A DNA stretch of 64,000 nt from a virus. The stretch spans positions 39,637-103,636 of IMG/VR virus record IMGVR_UViG_3300047325_000130. One strand, written 5' to 3'. A program made the position numbers and the translations under genes. Shown in pieces: positions 1 through 8,674 of the stretch. Each line of letters opens with the position of its first letter. Within the stretch, counting starts at the first letter, position 1. The notes beneath the pieces are model-generated. The model did no database searches, was not told the origin of the DNA, and worked only from the letters and a program-made list of their open reading frames with translations.

Positions 1-13
1 CAGCATAGATATA

Positions 14-556
14 ATGCATCAAAATTATTGTATTTCATCTGCTATACAACAAGTTGAGAGAACTGAACTAAATCAGCTCTTAATTAGCGGAAATTGTCAA
101 CAATATCAATGGGCTACATTCCTAAATAATCAAAGAGCTTGTCATGCTGCAATTGAAGCAAAAAAGGTAATAACCCAAGCCGAATTAATGAGAACAGGGC
201 GGTTAAGTCAAGATTTAAGTAAGATGGGATATAACTGCAAAAATCCAAAATTGCCATTAAGTTATATTACCCAAGCATTTGTAAATTATGTATCTAGTAT
301 TTCGGTTTCAAAACTATGGGCACATATATACTTAAGATATTTAATTGATATCGGAACATCGTCCCTTATAAAAGTTTCTATTAATTTACCATCCGTATCG
401 TTAGACTTTGACAATAGTGATTTATGTCTTAATTATATAAGAGAACATATGATAGATATAGATGAAGAAGAGATGAATTCGGCATTAAATTGGTTATTAA
501 CTGGATACGATCAATTATATTGGTTAATTAAAAATCCATCGGAAATAACAACATGA
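14..556 (+). CDS. Degenerate heme-oxygenase-like helical protein
   Basis: LWAHIYLRYLIDIG resembles the heme oxygenase AHxYxRYLGDLSGG motif, but the Gly-rich kink and proximal His are not evident. Confidence 0.35.
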   Translation: MHQNYCISSAIQQVERTELNQLLISGNCQQYQWATFLNNQRACHAAIEAKKVITQAELMRTGRLSQDLSKMGYNCKNPKLPLSYITQAFVNYVSSISVSKLWAHIYLRYLIDIGTSSLIKVSINLPSVSLDFDNSDLCLNYIREHMIDIDEEEMNSALNWLLTGYDQLYWLIKNPSEITT

Positions 557-1197
557 CCAGATTTTTGACTGACGAAGAACAGATAAGAGCTTGGATAAAT
601 GTAAATTGTAATGATAGAGCGCAACAAATTCGTCGCGATGATATTGAAATAAAAGATGACTGTGTCAGGGTCAACTCGACATTAAATATTTCGAATGACA
701 ACCTAAAAGAAATACTGGTGCAATTTTCTTTTTCAAAAAATTTTTACTGCTATAATACCAAACTTACTACATTGGTTGGTTCTCCGATAGTAGTACAAGG
801 AAATTTTGAATGTAGCGATACTGCTATAACATCGTTAAAAGGACCAGAACTAGTATATGGTAACTTTATTTGCAAAGGAACAAAAATAACAAATTTTATT
901 GGATGTCCTAATGTTACTGGTTATATAGATGCATATAATAACAAATTAACATCTATAGATGGACTTCCATCAAATTTTGATAATATTTCTATTTCATATG
1001 ATCCAAATCTGGCAGTATTAAAATTTATAAAATTAAACATATCCGAAGTATATCTCATTGTTGGCAGCATACTTCTTAGTAAAAGTTCTACAATTATTAA
1101 TAAATATTTACAAAATTATGAGCCACTTAAAAAAAGAATATTAGCTTGTCAAAAAGAACTAATAGATAATGGCTTTATAGGCAATGCCTTATGGTAA
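553..1197 (+). CDS. LRR-like repeat protein, divergent first member of the array
   Basis: Degenerate FxCxxxxLTSLxGxP repeats and the family C-terminus CQKELIDNGFIGNALW. Confidence 0.75.
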   Translation: MTRFLTDEEQIRAWINVNCNDRAQQIRRDDIEIKDDCVRVNSTLNISNDNLKEILVQFSFSKNFYCYNTKLTTLVGSPIVVQGNFECSDTAITSLKGPELVYGNFICKGTKITNFIGCPNVTGYIDAYNNKLTSIDGLPSNFDNISISYDPNLAVLKFIKLNISEVYLIVGSILLSKSSTIINKYLQNYEPLKKRILACQKELIDNGFIGNALW

Positions 1198-1703
1198 AAA
1201 TAGAAGAGTATTTTCAAATAGGTGATTATACAATCAAAGATGGATTGATTTCCACTGGTGATAATGTCAAATTAATTAAAAAAGTTAAAAAATTACCAGT
1301 TCAATTCGGTCATGTTGGTGGTAGTTTTAGTTGTTATAACAATCAACTCACTTCTTTAGTTGGATGTCCTGAATCAGTTGGTGATTATTTTAGTTGTGAT
1401 AAAAATCAACTCATTTCTTTAGAAGGAGCTCCTAAATCAGTTAGTGGTGGTTTTTATTGTGGTAATAATAAACTCACTTCTTTAGAAGGTGCACCTAAAG
1501 AAGTTGGTGGTTATTTTTATTGTGATTGGACAGAAAATCTACCTTTACTAAGATTGGTAAGATATAAAAAAATAGAAACATACAATAATCAAGTGAATAC
1601 AATTATAAGAAAATATTCCAATCATACTCCATTAAAAGAAGCCATTTTATTATGTCAGAAAGAACTGATTGATAACGGCTTTGTAGGAAATGCAGCGTGG
1701 TAG
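1191..1703 (+). CDS. LRR-like repeat protein, 3 x 21-aa repeats
   Basis: VGxxFxCxxNxLTSLEGAPxx repeats; C-terminus CQKELIDNGFVGNAAW; start overlaps upstream stop (ATGGTAA). Confidence 0.85.
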   Translation: MVKIEEYFQIGDYTIKDGLISTGDNVKLIKKVKKLPVQFGHVGGSFSCYNNQLTSLVGCPESVGDYFSCDKNQLISLEGAPKSVSGGFYCGNNKLTSLEGAPKEVGGYFYCDWTENLPLLRLVRYKKIETYNNQVNTIIRKYSNHTPLKEAILLCQKELIDNGFVGNAAW

Positions 1704-2401
1704 ATATAAAAGAATATTTTGAAATAAAAAATTACACTATAAAAGATGGATTGATTTCCGTCGATGGTAATGTTTCATTAATCAAGAAAGTAAAAAAACT
1801 ACCTTTTAAATTTGGTCAAATTGGTGGTTATTTTTATTGTTCTGAAAATCAACTAACTTCGTTAGTTGGGTGTCCAAATGAAGTTGGTGGTGATTTTTAT
1901 TGTAATAATAATAAACTTACTTCTTTAGTTGAGAGTCCAAATAAAGTTGGAGGTAATTTTGATTGTTACAATAATAAACTTATGTCTTTAGCCGGAGCTC
2001 CAAAATCCGTTGGAGGTTATTTTGATTGTGCTAATAATCAACTCACCTCTTTAGAGGGAGCTCCGCAATCAGTTGGCGGTTATTTTTATTGTGCTTATAA
2101 TCAACTCACTTCTTTAGAAGGAGCTCCAAATTCAGTTGGTATTTATTTTGATTGTCGTTATAATAAACTCACTTCTTTAGAAGGAGCTCCTAAAGAAGTT
2201 GGTGGTAGTTTTTATCTTTCCTGGTCAAAAGATTTACCTTTACTAAGATTGGTAAGATATAAAAAAGTAGAAACATATAATAATGATCAAGTAAATGATA
2301 TTATAAACAAATATTCTAATCATAAGCCATTAAAAGAAGCCATCATTGGTTGTCAGAAAGAACTAATAGATAATGGCTTTATAGGTAATGCAGCATGGTA
2401 G
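1697..2401 (+). CDS. LRR-like repeat protein, 6 x 21-aa repeats
   Basis: Same N-cap, repeats and C-cap; GTGGTAG start/stop overlap. Confidence 0.85.
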   Translation: MVDIKEYFEIKNYTIKDGLISVDGNVSLIKKVKKLPFKFGQIGGYFYCSENQLTSLVGCPNEVGGDFYCNNNKLTSLVESPNKVGGNFDCYNNKLMSLAGAPKSVGGYFDCANNQLTSLEGAPQSVGGYFYCAYNQLTSLEGAPNSVGIYFDCRYNKLTSLEGAPKEVGGSFYLSWSKDLPLLRLVRYKKVETYNNDQVNDIINKYSNHKPLKEAIIGCQKELIDNGFIGNAAW

Positions 2402-3093
2402 ATATAAAAGAATATTTTAGAATAGATGATTATACAATCAAAGATGGATTAATTTCTACCAATGATGATGTTGAATTAATCAAGAAAGTAAAAGAATTAC
2501 CAGTTCAATTCGGTTATGTTGGCGGTTATTTTTATTGTTATGATAATCAACTCACTTCTTTAGAAGGATCTCCGGAATCCGTTGGTGACGATTTTTATTG
2601 TTCTGAAAATCAACTAACTTCGTTAGTTGGGTGTCCAAATGAAGTTGGCGGCGGTTTTGTTTGTCGTGATAATCAACTCACTTCTTTGGAAGGATCTCCA
2701 CAATCGGTAGGTAATGGTTTTTACTGTCATAATAATCAACTCACTTCTTTAGACGGAGCTCCTGAATCCGTTGACGGTGATTTTGATTGTCGTAATAATC
2801 TACTTACTTCTTTAGCTGGATCTCCGCAATCCGTTGGTGGTAGTTTTAATTGTTCTAATAATAAACTCACCTCTTTAGAAGGAGCTCCAAAATTCGTTGG
2901 CGGTTATTTTTATTGTGGTTGGTCAGAAAATTTACCATTACTAAGATTAGTAAGATATAAAAAAGTACAAACATATAGTCGAGTAAATGAAATTATAAGA
3001 AAATATTCTTATCATAAGCCATTAAAAGAAGCTATATTATTATGTCAGAAAGAACTAATTGATAATGGCTTTGTAGGAAACGCAGCATGGTAG
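2395..3093 (+). CDS. LRR-like repeat protein, 6 x 21-aa repeats
   Basis: Same architecture; ATGGTAG overlap. Confidence 0.85.
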   Translation: MVDIKEYFRIDDYTIKDGLISTNDDVELIKKVKELPVQFGYVGGYFYCYDNQLTSLEGSPESVGDDFYCSENQLTSLVGCPNEVGGGFVCRDNQLTSLEGSPQSVGNGFYCHNNQLTSLDGAPESVDGDFDCRNNLLTSLAGSPQSVGGSFNCSNNKLTSLEGAPKFVGGYFYCGWSENLPLLRLVRYKKVQTYSRVNEIIRKYSYHKPLKEAILLCQKELIDNGFVGNAAW

Positions 3094-3585
3094 ATATAAA
3101 AAATATTTTCAAATAGAAAATTATACCATAAAAGATGGATTAATTTCTACTGATGATGATGTCAGATTAATCAAGAAAGTTGAAAAATTACCTTTTAAAT
3201 TCGGTCATATTGGTGGTTATTTTGATTGTCGTAATAATAAACTCATTTCTTTAGAGGGTGCTTCAAAATACGTTGGCGGCAGTTTTTCTTGCGCTTATAA
3301 TAAACTCACTTCTTTAGAAGGAGCTCCGCAATCAGTTGGTGTTATGATAATAAACTCACTTCTTTAGAAGGAGCTCCGCAATCAGTTGGTGGCAGTTTTT
3401 ATCTTACTTGGTCAGAAAATTTACCATTACTAAGATTGATAATATATCAAACTGTACAAACATTCAATAGTCAAGTAGATAAAATTATAGGAAAATATTG
3501 TAATCATAAACCATTAAAAGAAGCCATATTATTATGTCAGAAAGAACTAATAGATAACGGCTTTATAGGGAATGCAGCATGGTAA
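3087..3585 (+). pseudogene. Frameshifted fifth LRR-like paralog
   Basis: Starts ATGGTAGATATAAAA like its siblings, loses 1 nt at ~3100, has a second deletion near 3341, and ends ...GNAAW-TAA at 3585. Confidence 0.85.
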
Positions 3586-3608
3586 AGCCGGGGTTACCCC
3601 GGCTTTAC
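3582..3608. terminator. Bidirectional intrinsic terminator
   Basis: Perfect inverted repeat gtaaagccgggg-tta-ccccggctttac between convergent genes. Confidence 0.8.
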
Positions 3609-3616
3609 TTTTAAAC

Positions 3617-4081
3617 TTATTCGCTTTTAGCGATAAGCTCTGGTTCTAATTTAGGTAAAATTTTTGTTGTATCAATTGGTATCAATCTTGCTTTTCGAGC
3701 TTCCGGTATCTCTCTTGTAAGATCAATTGTCAACAAACCATTTGTCAAACTAGCCGAAACAACATTTACATGTTGTTCTAGATAGAATGATCGTTTAAAC
3801 GATCTACCTGCAATACCTCTATACAAGATTTGTTTTGATTCTTCTTCTTTTTTCTTACCTTCTATAGTAAGACGATTTTCTTCCTGAGAAACATCAATTT
3901 CAGATTCACCAAAACCTGCAACCGCAAGCGTAAGTCTGTATTGATTTTCAGAAACTTCCTCTAAATCATAGTGAGGATATGAAGAAGTATCATATCTAAA
4001 ATTGTTTAGAGCTCGAATTGTTGGTGAGAAACCAATTGCAAAACGATGTAGGTCATCAAATAGTTCATTAAATGTAGTCAT
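3617..4081 (-). CDS. hsp20: Small heat shock protein (Hsp20/IbpA family)
   Basis: SYPHYDL, AVAGF, YRGIAGRSFKRSF, LTNGLLTIDL alpha-crystallin motifs. Confidence 0.93.
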   Translation of the reverse strand: MTTFNELFDDLHRFAIGFSPTIRALNNFRYDTSSYPHYDLEEVSENQYRLTLAVAGFGESEIDVSQEENRLTIEGKKKEEESKQILYRGIAGRSFKRSFYLEQHVNVVSASLTNGLLTIDLTREIPEARKARLIPIDTTKILPKLEPELIAKSE

Positions 4082-4089
4082 TTTATTGT

Positions 4090-4137
4090 CTCCTTAAAAA
4101 GCGAGTTTAGTTTTTAAGACCTCTTATGAGCATCTTA
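4090..4137 (-). promoter_or_regulatory. ROSE-like RNA thermometer in the hsp20 leader
   Basis: Minus strand CUCGCUUUUUAAGGAG pairs UCGCU opposite the SD with a bulged G; preceded by the hairpin UAAGAUGCUC-AUAA-GAGGUCUUA. Confidence 0.6.
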
Positions 4138-4228
4138 TAATGACAAGTTTATGTCGTCCAATATAAGTTGTCAAGTAACTTGATAAAATTTTTCAATAAA
4201 TTTAATTTGATTTCTATAAATTAATCAT

Positions 4229-4236
4229 TATAAATA
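4229..4236 (+). promoter_or_regulatory. T4-like late promoter TATAAATA
   Basis: Exact TATAAATA upstream of the vWA leader. Also exact at 19471, 55711 and (minus) 11292-11299; TAAATA core at 23445, 23584, 24937, 25615, 27115, 47252, 50507, 59664. Confidence 0.65.
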
Positions 4237-4243
4237 TATTTAA

Positions 4244-4314
4244 TGCTCGAAGTGAGCAGGTTATGAGGCAGCGAAGACCATTCGGTGATGAGTGGCAGTA
4301 AAGACCTCAAAGGA
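4244..4314 (+). promoter_or_regulatory. Structured 5' leader with a two-fold symmetric internal loop
   Basis: UGCUC/GAGCA hairpin, then UGAGG-CAGCGAAGA-CCAUUC-loop-GAGUGG-CAGUAAAGA-CCUCA directly before the AAGGA SD. Confidence 0.55.
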
Positions 4315-4321
4315 CAATAGA

Positions 4322-5116
4322 ATGAACAACAATGGTAATCTACCAAATGCGTTTCCTGGCGCGCCAAATTTAAATTTAAATATTCAGGTAAATCAAAACG
4401 TACCAACCGGTACATCAACTACATCAGTACCATATATTGGTTATAAATTTCAAAAAGCAGGAACAAATGGCAATTTAATTGCAGTTCTACTTGATGAAAG
4501 TGGCAGTATGAATTCTTGTAGACATGCAACCATTGCAGGTTTTAATGAGTTTGTATTAGGACAAAAATCAGTTTCTAATGCCGGTGCTGCATATCTAACT
4601 CTTAATAAATTTGATTCACCCAAAATTACAACTGTTTACGCTGACAGAATTATTTCCGAAGTACCAGAATTAACAACATCAACTTATACACCAAACGGTG
4701 GTACTAATTTGTATGATGGTATTGGTTATACTATCGAACAAGTAAATAATGCACTTGCAAAAATCCCAGAAGATTCTCGTCCAGGTGTAACAATTGTTAT
4801 TACAACTGATGGACAAGAGAATTCTAGCAATAAATTTACCAGCGCAAAAATTAAAGAAATGGTTGCTGCTACTGAAGAAGCTGGGTGGAGCTACCTATTT
4901 TTAGCTGCTAACCTGGATTCATTTGCAGTTGGGTCTGCATTCGGTATGAATGCAATGAATTCTGTTAATTATAGCACATCTAAAATGGGTGCAACAATGA
5001 CTGCATTAAATTCTACTGTAACTAAAATGAGAGTAGCAAAAACAGCTGGTTTAGGTACTGAAGCAGTATATGCATCTGCTATGTTTACTGACCAAGAACG
5101 CAATGATATAGTTTAA
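4322..5116 (+). CDS. vWA (MIDAS) domain protein
   Basis: LLDESGSM, GGTNLYDG, ITTDGQEN; start moved to ATG 4322 behind the AAGGA SD. Confidence 0.85.
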   Translation: MNNNGNLPNAFPGAPNLNLNIQVNQNVPTGTSTTSVPYIGYKFQKAGTNGNLIAVLLDESGSMNSCRHATIAGFNEFVLGQKSVSNAGAAYLTLNKFDSPKITTVYADRIISEVPELTTSTYTPNGGTNLYDGIGYTIEQVNNALAKIPEDSRPGVTIVITTDGQENSSNKFTSAKIKEMVAATEEAGWSYLFLAANLDSFAVGSAFGMNAMNSVNYSTSKMGATMTALNSTVTKMRVAKTAGLGTEAVYASAMFTDQERNDIV

Positions 5117-5127
5117 GGAGAAGAAAC

Positions 5128-5925
5128 ATGCAAAGTTCAGATACACTTTACTCACTACAAGTACGACCAAATGGTCGTACTATAGCAGACGAATATTTAC
5201 ATCAAAATGCAACATGGATAGAAGGAAGAGATGGGTCAAAATATGATGTCATTATCGGAAATAAAAGCTCTACCAAAGCGTTATTCATTGTTGCGATCGA
5301 TGGGTTAGATGTAATAGAAGGCAAACCAGCAGGAACTCAAAGTCAGGGTTATGTTGTTAATCCTTATAGTACCGTAACTATTCCTGGCTGGAAACTTAAT
5401 AATCAAGAAGCTGCTGAATTTTATTTCAGCAGGAAATCTGAAAGTTATGTAAATGCAATAGGCGGCAATACTGCAAATACTGGCGTTATTGGTGCAATGA
5501 TATTTCGTGAGAAGCAACAACAAACCATTTGGCCTTTTCTCATGAATGGTTATCCTTATTCAACAGGAACAGCAGCTAACCCAGGTATATGGCGTTCTTA
5601 TTCTAATCAAGTAGGATCGGGTGTAAGTTTAAATCAATCTTGTGTTGCTAACTCAATTGCATCAATAAGTGCAAATAATGCAGTAACACAAGACGTTGGT
5701 ACTGGTTTTGGTGAGGCAACAGGATTTAATACTTCTCAAGTATCATTTATCAGAGAGGATGAAAATAATCCAACTGCTATTTTAGCAATGTACTACAATA
5801 CAGCTAAAAACTTGCAGAAAATGGGAATACAATTACGTTCTAAAAACAACGTAGGATATAGTCCTAATCCTTTCCCGGCGGTTACCGGAACAGGGTGTGT
5901 TCCTCCAACAGACTGGGTTAAATAA
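5128..5925 (+). CDS. Hypothetical protein co-transcribed with the vWA gene
   Basis: AGGAG SD, 265-aa ORF with AIDGLDV..GKPA..GYVV..IPGW; followed by a terminator. Confidence 0.8.
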   Translation: MQSSDTLYSLQVRPNGRTIADEYLHQNATWIEGRDGSKYDVIIGNKSSTKALFIVAIDGLDVIEGKPAGTQSQGYVVNPYSTVTIPGWKLNNQEAAEFYFSRKSESYVNAIGGNTANTGVIGAMIFREKQQQTIWPFLMNGYPYSTGTAANPGIWRSYSNQVGSGVSLNQSCVANSIASISANNAVTQDVGTGFGEATGFNTSQVSFIREDENNPTAILAMYYNTAKNLQKMGIQLRSKNNVGYSPNPFPAVTGTGCVPPTDWVK

Positions 5926-5934
5926 CCTTTGTAT

Positions 5935-5960
5935 AGAAAGGGTCTTTTAAGACCCTTTCT
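5935..5960 (+). terminator. Intrinsic terminator
   Basis: agaaagggtct-ttta-agaccctttct. Confidence 0.75.
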
Positions 5961-5986
5961 TCTTGAATAGTTATTATATTATTAAT

Positions 5987-6377
5987 ATGAAAATCATAAT
6001 AACATCGCATGATGAAGCTGCAATACATAAATTAAATGCAAATTATATTCTTAGTTTGACAGAATATCGACCACTATTTTATAGTGGCGGAGAGCTTATA
6101 GACAACGCAGATTGTCTTGCTCCAAATCGAAACTTTGATTGTTCATTGTCACGCAGGTGTCAGTCGTAGTACCGCAATATCTGTTGCAATTTTAATTCAG
6201 GATGGAATGACATACGAAGATGCATTCCATTATGTGATTACAATAAGAAATTCCGCATACCCTAATAAAAAATTAGTCGAATTAACTGATAAGCATTTTG
6301 GGCTAAACAGCAATTACATTAAGTTTTACAATAAATGGTTGAATACAAATCAAACTGATAAATTGATCTTGTCATAA
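5987..6377 (+). pseudogene. Protein-tyrosine/dual-specificity phosphatase-like gene, frameshifted or internally deleted
   Basis: VHCHAGVSRS CX5R motif in 6117-6377; likely N-terminus MKIIITS lies in another frame from 5987. Confidence 0.65.
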
Positions 6378-6398
6378 ACCCACTCCGAGTCGAAGTAA

Positions 6399-7397
6399 TT
6401 AAACAGCAAATCCATTATGTATAAAACAAGCTATTTGCGTAGAGCTTAATACCGTAAAAGATAAAATATCAATTGAATTTGATGCTGTACTTAAAATTGG
6501 AGTTATCCCACCAGGAAATAGCCAATTTGATCCAAAGGATATAGTCCTATGTCCTGTTGCATCTTGGGTACAAACTATTTGTCCTGAATTTCCTACGGTA
6601 ACAGATGTCGGATTCAGTAATGTTACGTTTCCTGTTAAAGTAAAAAAGAAATTACTTGTGTTTGATAAATTTAATGATATATTTGATGATGCAGTAATAA
6701 CATTTGGAACAAGTATACTAGTTGATGCAATAACATTAGATGCATTTACGGTATTAGTTACATTAACATTCCCACTAAATTGCCCATTAAATGCATTAAC
6801 AACAAAATTGCCATTTGTAGTAAACGTAACATTTTGTTGAGTCTGAGTGTTACCTGTATAGGTAAGACCTTGGCTTTCAGCGTCTTCTATATCAAAATTT
6901 ATATTTCCTGCTTGGAAATATATTCCCGCGCCCGGCAAACTACCAGCGCCAATTTCAACTTCCGAATAACCAGAATAGATATATTGATCGCCATCTGAAC
7001 CAGCCCAATAGAATTGACTTGGACTCATAGTTAACATAGTTGTTGTATTTACAAATGAACTACCTGAGAAATTTTGTGTGCTTACTACCAATCCGTTTGG
7101 ACCAGTAGTGATAACGCCATTTAGATTTGTGCTATCAGACGAATAAAAAGTTTCAGCTGAATTTGGAGTGGTTGTTGAACCAATTGCAGGTAGTGATGAT
7201 GCAGTAAAAAAATTGGGTAACGATACATTGCTCCCGCCATTACTACCAACCACTATACCACCTGGGGTAATTCCGTCATGAAGTGACAAAGTATTGTTCA
7301 ATGGATTGATAATTAAAGTTCCATTCTCAGCGACATATGTATTGCCGTTTTCATATATTCTTTTAGTTACTACTTTATCTACCATATTTTTTACCAA
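6399..7397 (-). CDS. Virion structural/tail-fibre-like protein
   Basis: N-terminal LSLHDGITPGG; C-terminal TLTGNVTL..QDATGHRT..WLFPGGITPILST beta domain; late-promoter-like ATAAATA upstream on the minus strand. Confidence 0.7.
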   Translation of the reverse strand: MVKNMVDKVVTKRIYENGNTYVAENGTLIINPLNNTLSLHDGITPGGIVVGSNGGSNVSLPNFFTASSLPAIGSTTTPNSAETFYSSDSTNLNGVITTGPNGLVVSTQNFSGSSFVNTTTMLTMSPSQFYWAGSDGDQYIYSGYSEVEIGAGSLPGAGIYFQAGNINFDIEDAESQGLTYTGNTQTQQNVTFTTNGNFVVNAFNGQFSGNVNVTNTVNASNVIASTSILVPNVITASSNISLNLSNTSNFFFTLTGNVTLLNPTSVTVGNSGQIVCTQDATGHRTISFGSNWLFPGGITPILSTASNSIDILSFTVLSSTQIACFIHNGFAV

Positions 7398-7440
7398 TTA
7401 ATTTTAAACTATTTATTTGAATTTGTGACTTAATGATGAA

Positions 7441-7965
7441 AGGTGTAAACACCTAATTCACTATTCGTTTTTCGATAAATCTCAAACTCATACGTTCATT
7501 AATTTAGATATAACGATAGTTTTCTTTTTCTTTTTGATATGGAATGGTAGCCATAAGATCCCCGTTGCCGGGAAATCTTATTTTGTTGGACGTATAGCCT
7601 TGGTAATCATATTGTTCATGTGTTCTCTGGCGGTTGTCCGGTACCAGATATCTTATATAAGAAAATCATTATTACATGATGCCATATAAGAAATATGTGC
7701 TTAGATCTGAGATAAACTCAACAGCGGCAAAATAAACAACATTACCAACAAGTTGTTTATTCCTGAACAGTGTCATGTCTGACAAGTTCCTTTTGTTTTG
7801 AAAATTAAATTTCTTTCGGTTGCGTCATAAGGTGATACATATTGTCCCTTATTGTCCTTCGAGCTGTCGACAGCCATTCGTGCTTTTTTCGCTTCGCACA
7901 ATGCATGATTTAATAGTCTAATAAATGTTCTCATCGATCGCAATATCAAAACTAGCAATTGATCG
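7441..7965 (-). ncRNA. Candidate large structured non-coding RNA
   Basis: About 10 inverted repeats in 520 nt with no credible ORF; minus strand gives CCCG-GCAA-CGGG (GNRA) and UCUGG-UAC-CGG-ACAA-CCG-CCAGA. Confidence 0.5.
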
Positions 7966-8005
7966 AATGAAAAAACATTATATCGAGCTTTAATGATAAA
8001 TAGAA

Positions 8006-8206
8006 TTGAATATGAAGGCGGCTGCAAATGCAGCATTTGGCGAGATTGCACAATTGTATGAAGATGAACAATATAAAATATTGAAGTTATCTGGCATTAA
8101 AACTACCGCTTCTGTTGGTGATGTTTCATTGTCTGATAAAGATATTGAAAAAGCTGTATATGCTCATGCCAGGTTAGAAGCTGCTAGATTAGTTGGTAGC
8201 AGATGA
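8006..8206 (+). CDS. Small hypothetical protein
   Basis: ATAAATA just upstream and a hairpin terminator downstream. Confidence 0.45.
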   Translation: MNMKAAANAAFGEIAQLYEDEQYKILKLSGIKTTASVGDVSLSDKDIEKAVYAHARLEAARLVGSR

Positions 8207-8246
8207 TATTGGTATAACTATGATCAAAACTTTTGAATTTTAAATA

Positions 8247-8277
8247 GGATAGGGATACCCATTGGGTATTCCTATCT
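8247..8277. terminator. Bidirectional terminator
   Basis: gatagggataccc-att-gggtattcctatc between convergent ORFs. Confidence 0.65.
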
Positions 8278-8281
8278 ATAG

Positions 8282-8636
8282 CTATTTTGGAAATAAATCT
8301 TCTAAGATTTCTGGAACTCGATAATTAATACTACCAAAGGCAAGAGCGATCGCTAATATTAGAGATTCTGCTTCTTGTTTGGTTAACGGACCTTTGGTAG
8401 CCGGCAATAATGCCGCACGCAAAATATCTTCAGCATACTTTGAAGCAGATATTGTAGCGTGTGCTATATCCTGAAATTTGCCGTAAGTAACTTTGTTGGC
8501 TTCGCGTTTTGCGCGTTTTACTAGTTCGGGCTCACATTCTTTACATAGGCGGGGAAAGCCTTGTCCACCTTCAAGCAAGTTGCCGGCATTGCTCGCACAT
8601 ATCGCCATTCAAAACCATGTCAGAATATTCGCCCAT
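8282..8636 (-). pseudogene. Small CxxC...CxxC protein with a 1-nt frameshift
   Basis: SD plus MGEYSDMVLNGDMCEQC from 8636 joins GNLLEGGQGFPRLCKEC if one C is removed near 8585. Confidence 0.55.
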
Positions 8637-8674
8637 TTTACTCTCCTGCCCTATATCATCTAATATCATTTCAA

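Larger units (their letters stand above)
1191..3585 (+). repeat. Tandem gene array built from 63-nt internal repeat units
   Basis: Recurring aatcaactcacttctttagaaggagctcc...gttgg units; near-identical gene ends. Confidence 0.9.

Noticed and set aside
1191-3585. CRISPR-like periodic repeats
   Set aside because: The 63-nt period is in-frame protein repeat coding with synonymous variation, not repeat-spacer structure; no cas genes.
7773-8051. 92-aa minus-strand ORF
   Set aside because: No SD or motif, overlaps the opposite ORF and the hairpin-rich region.
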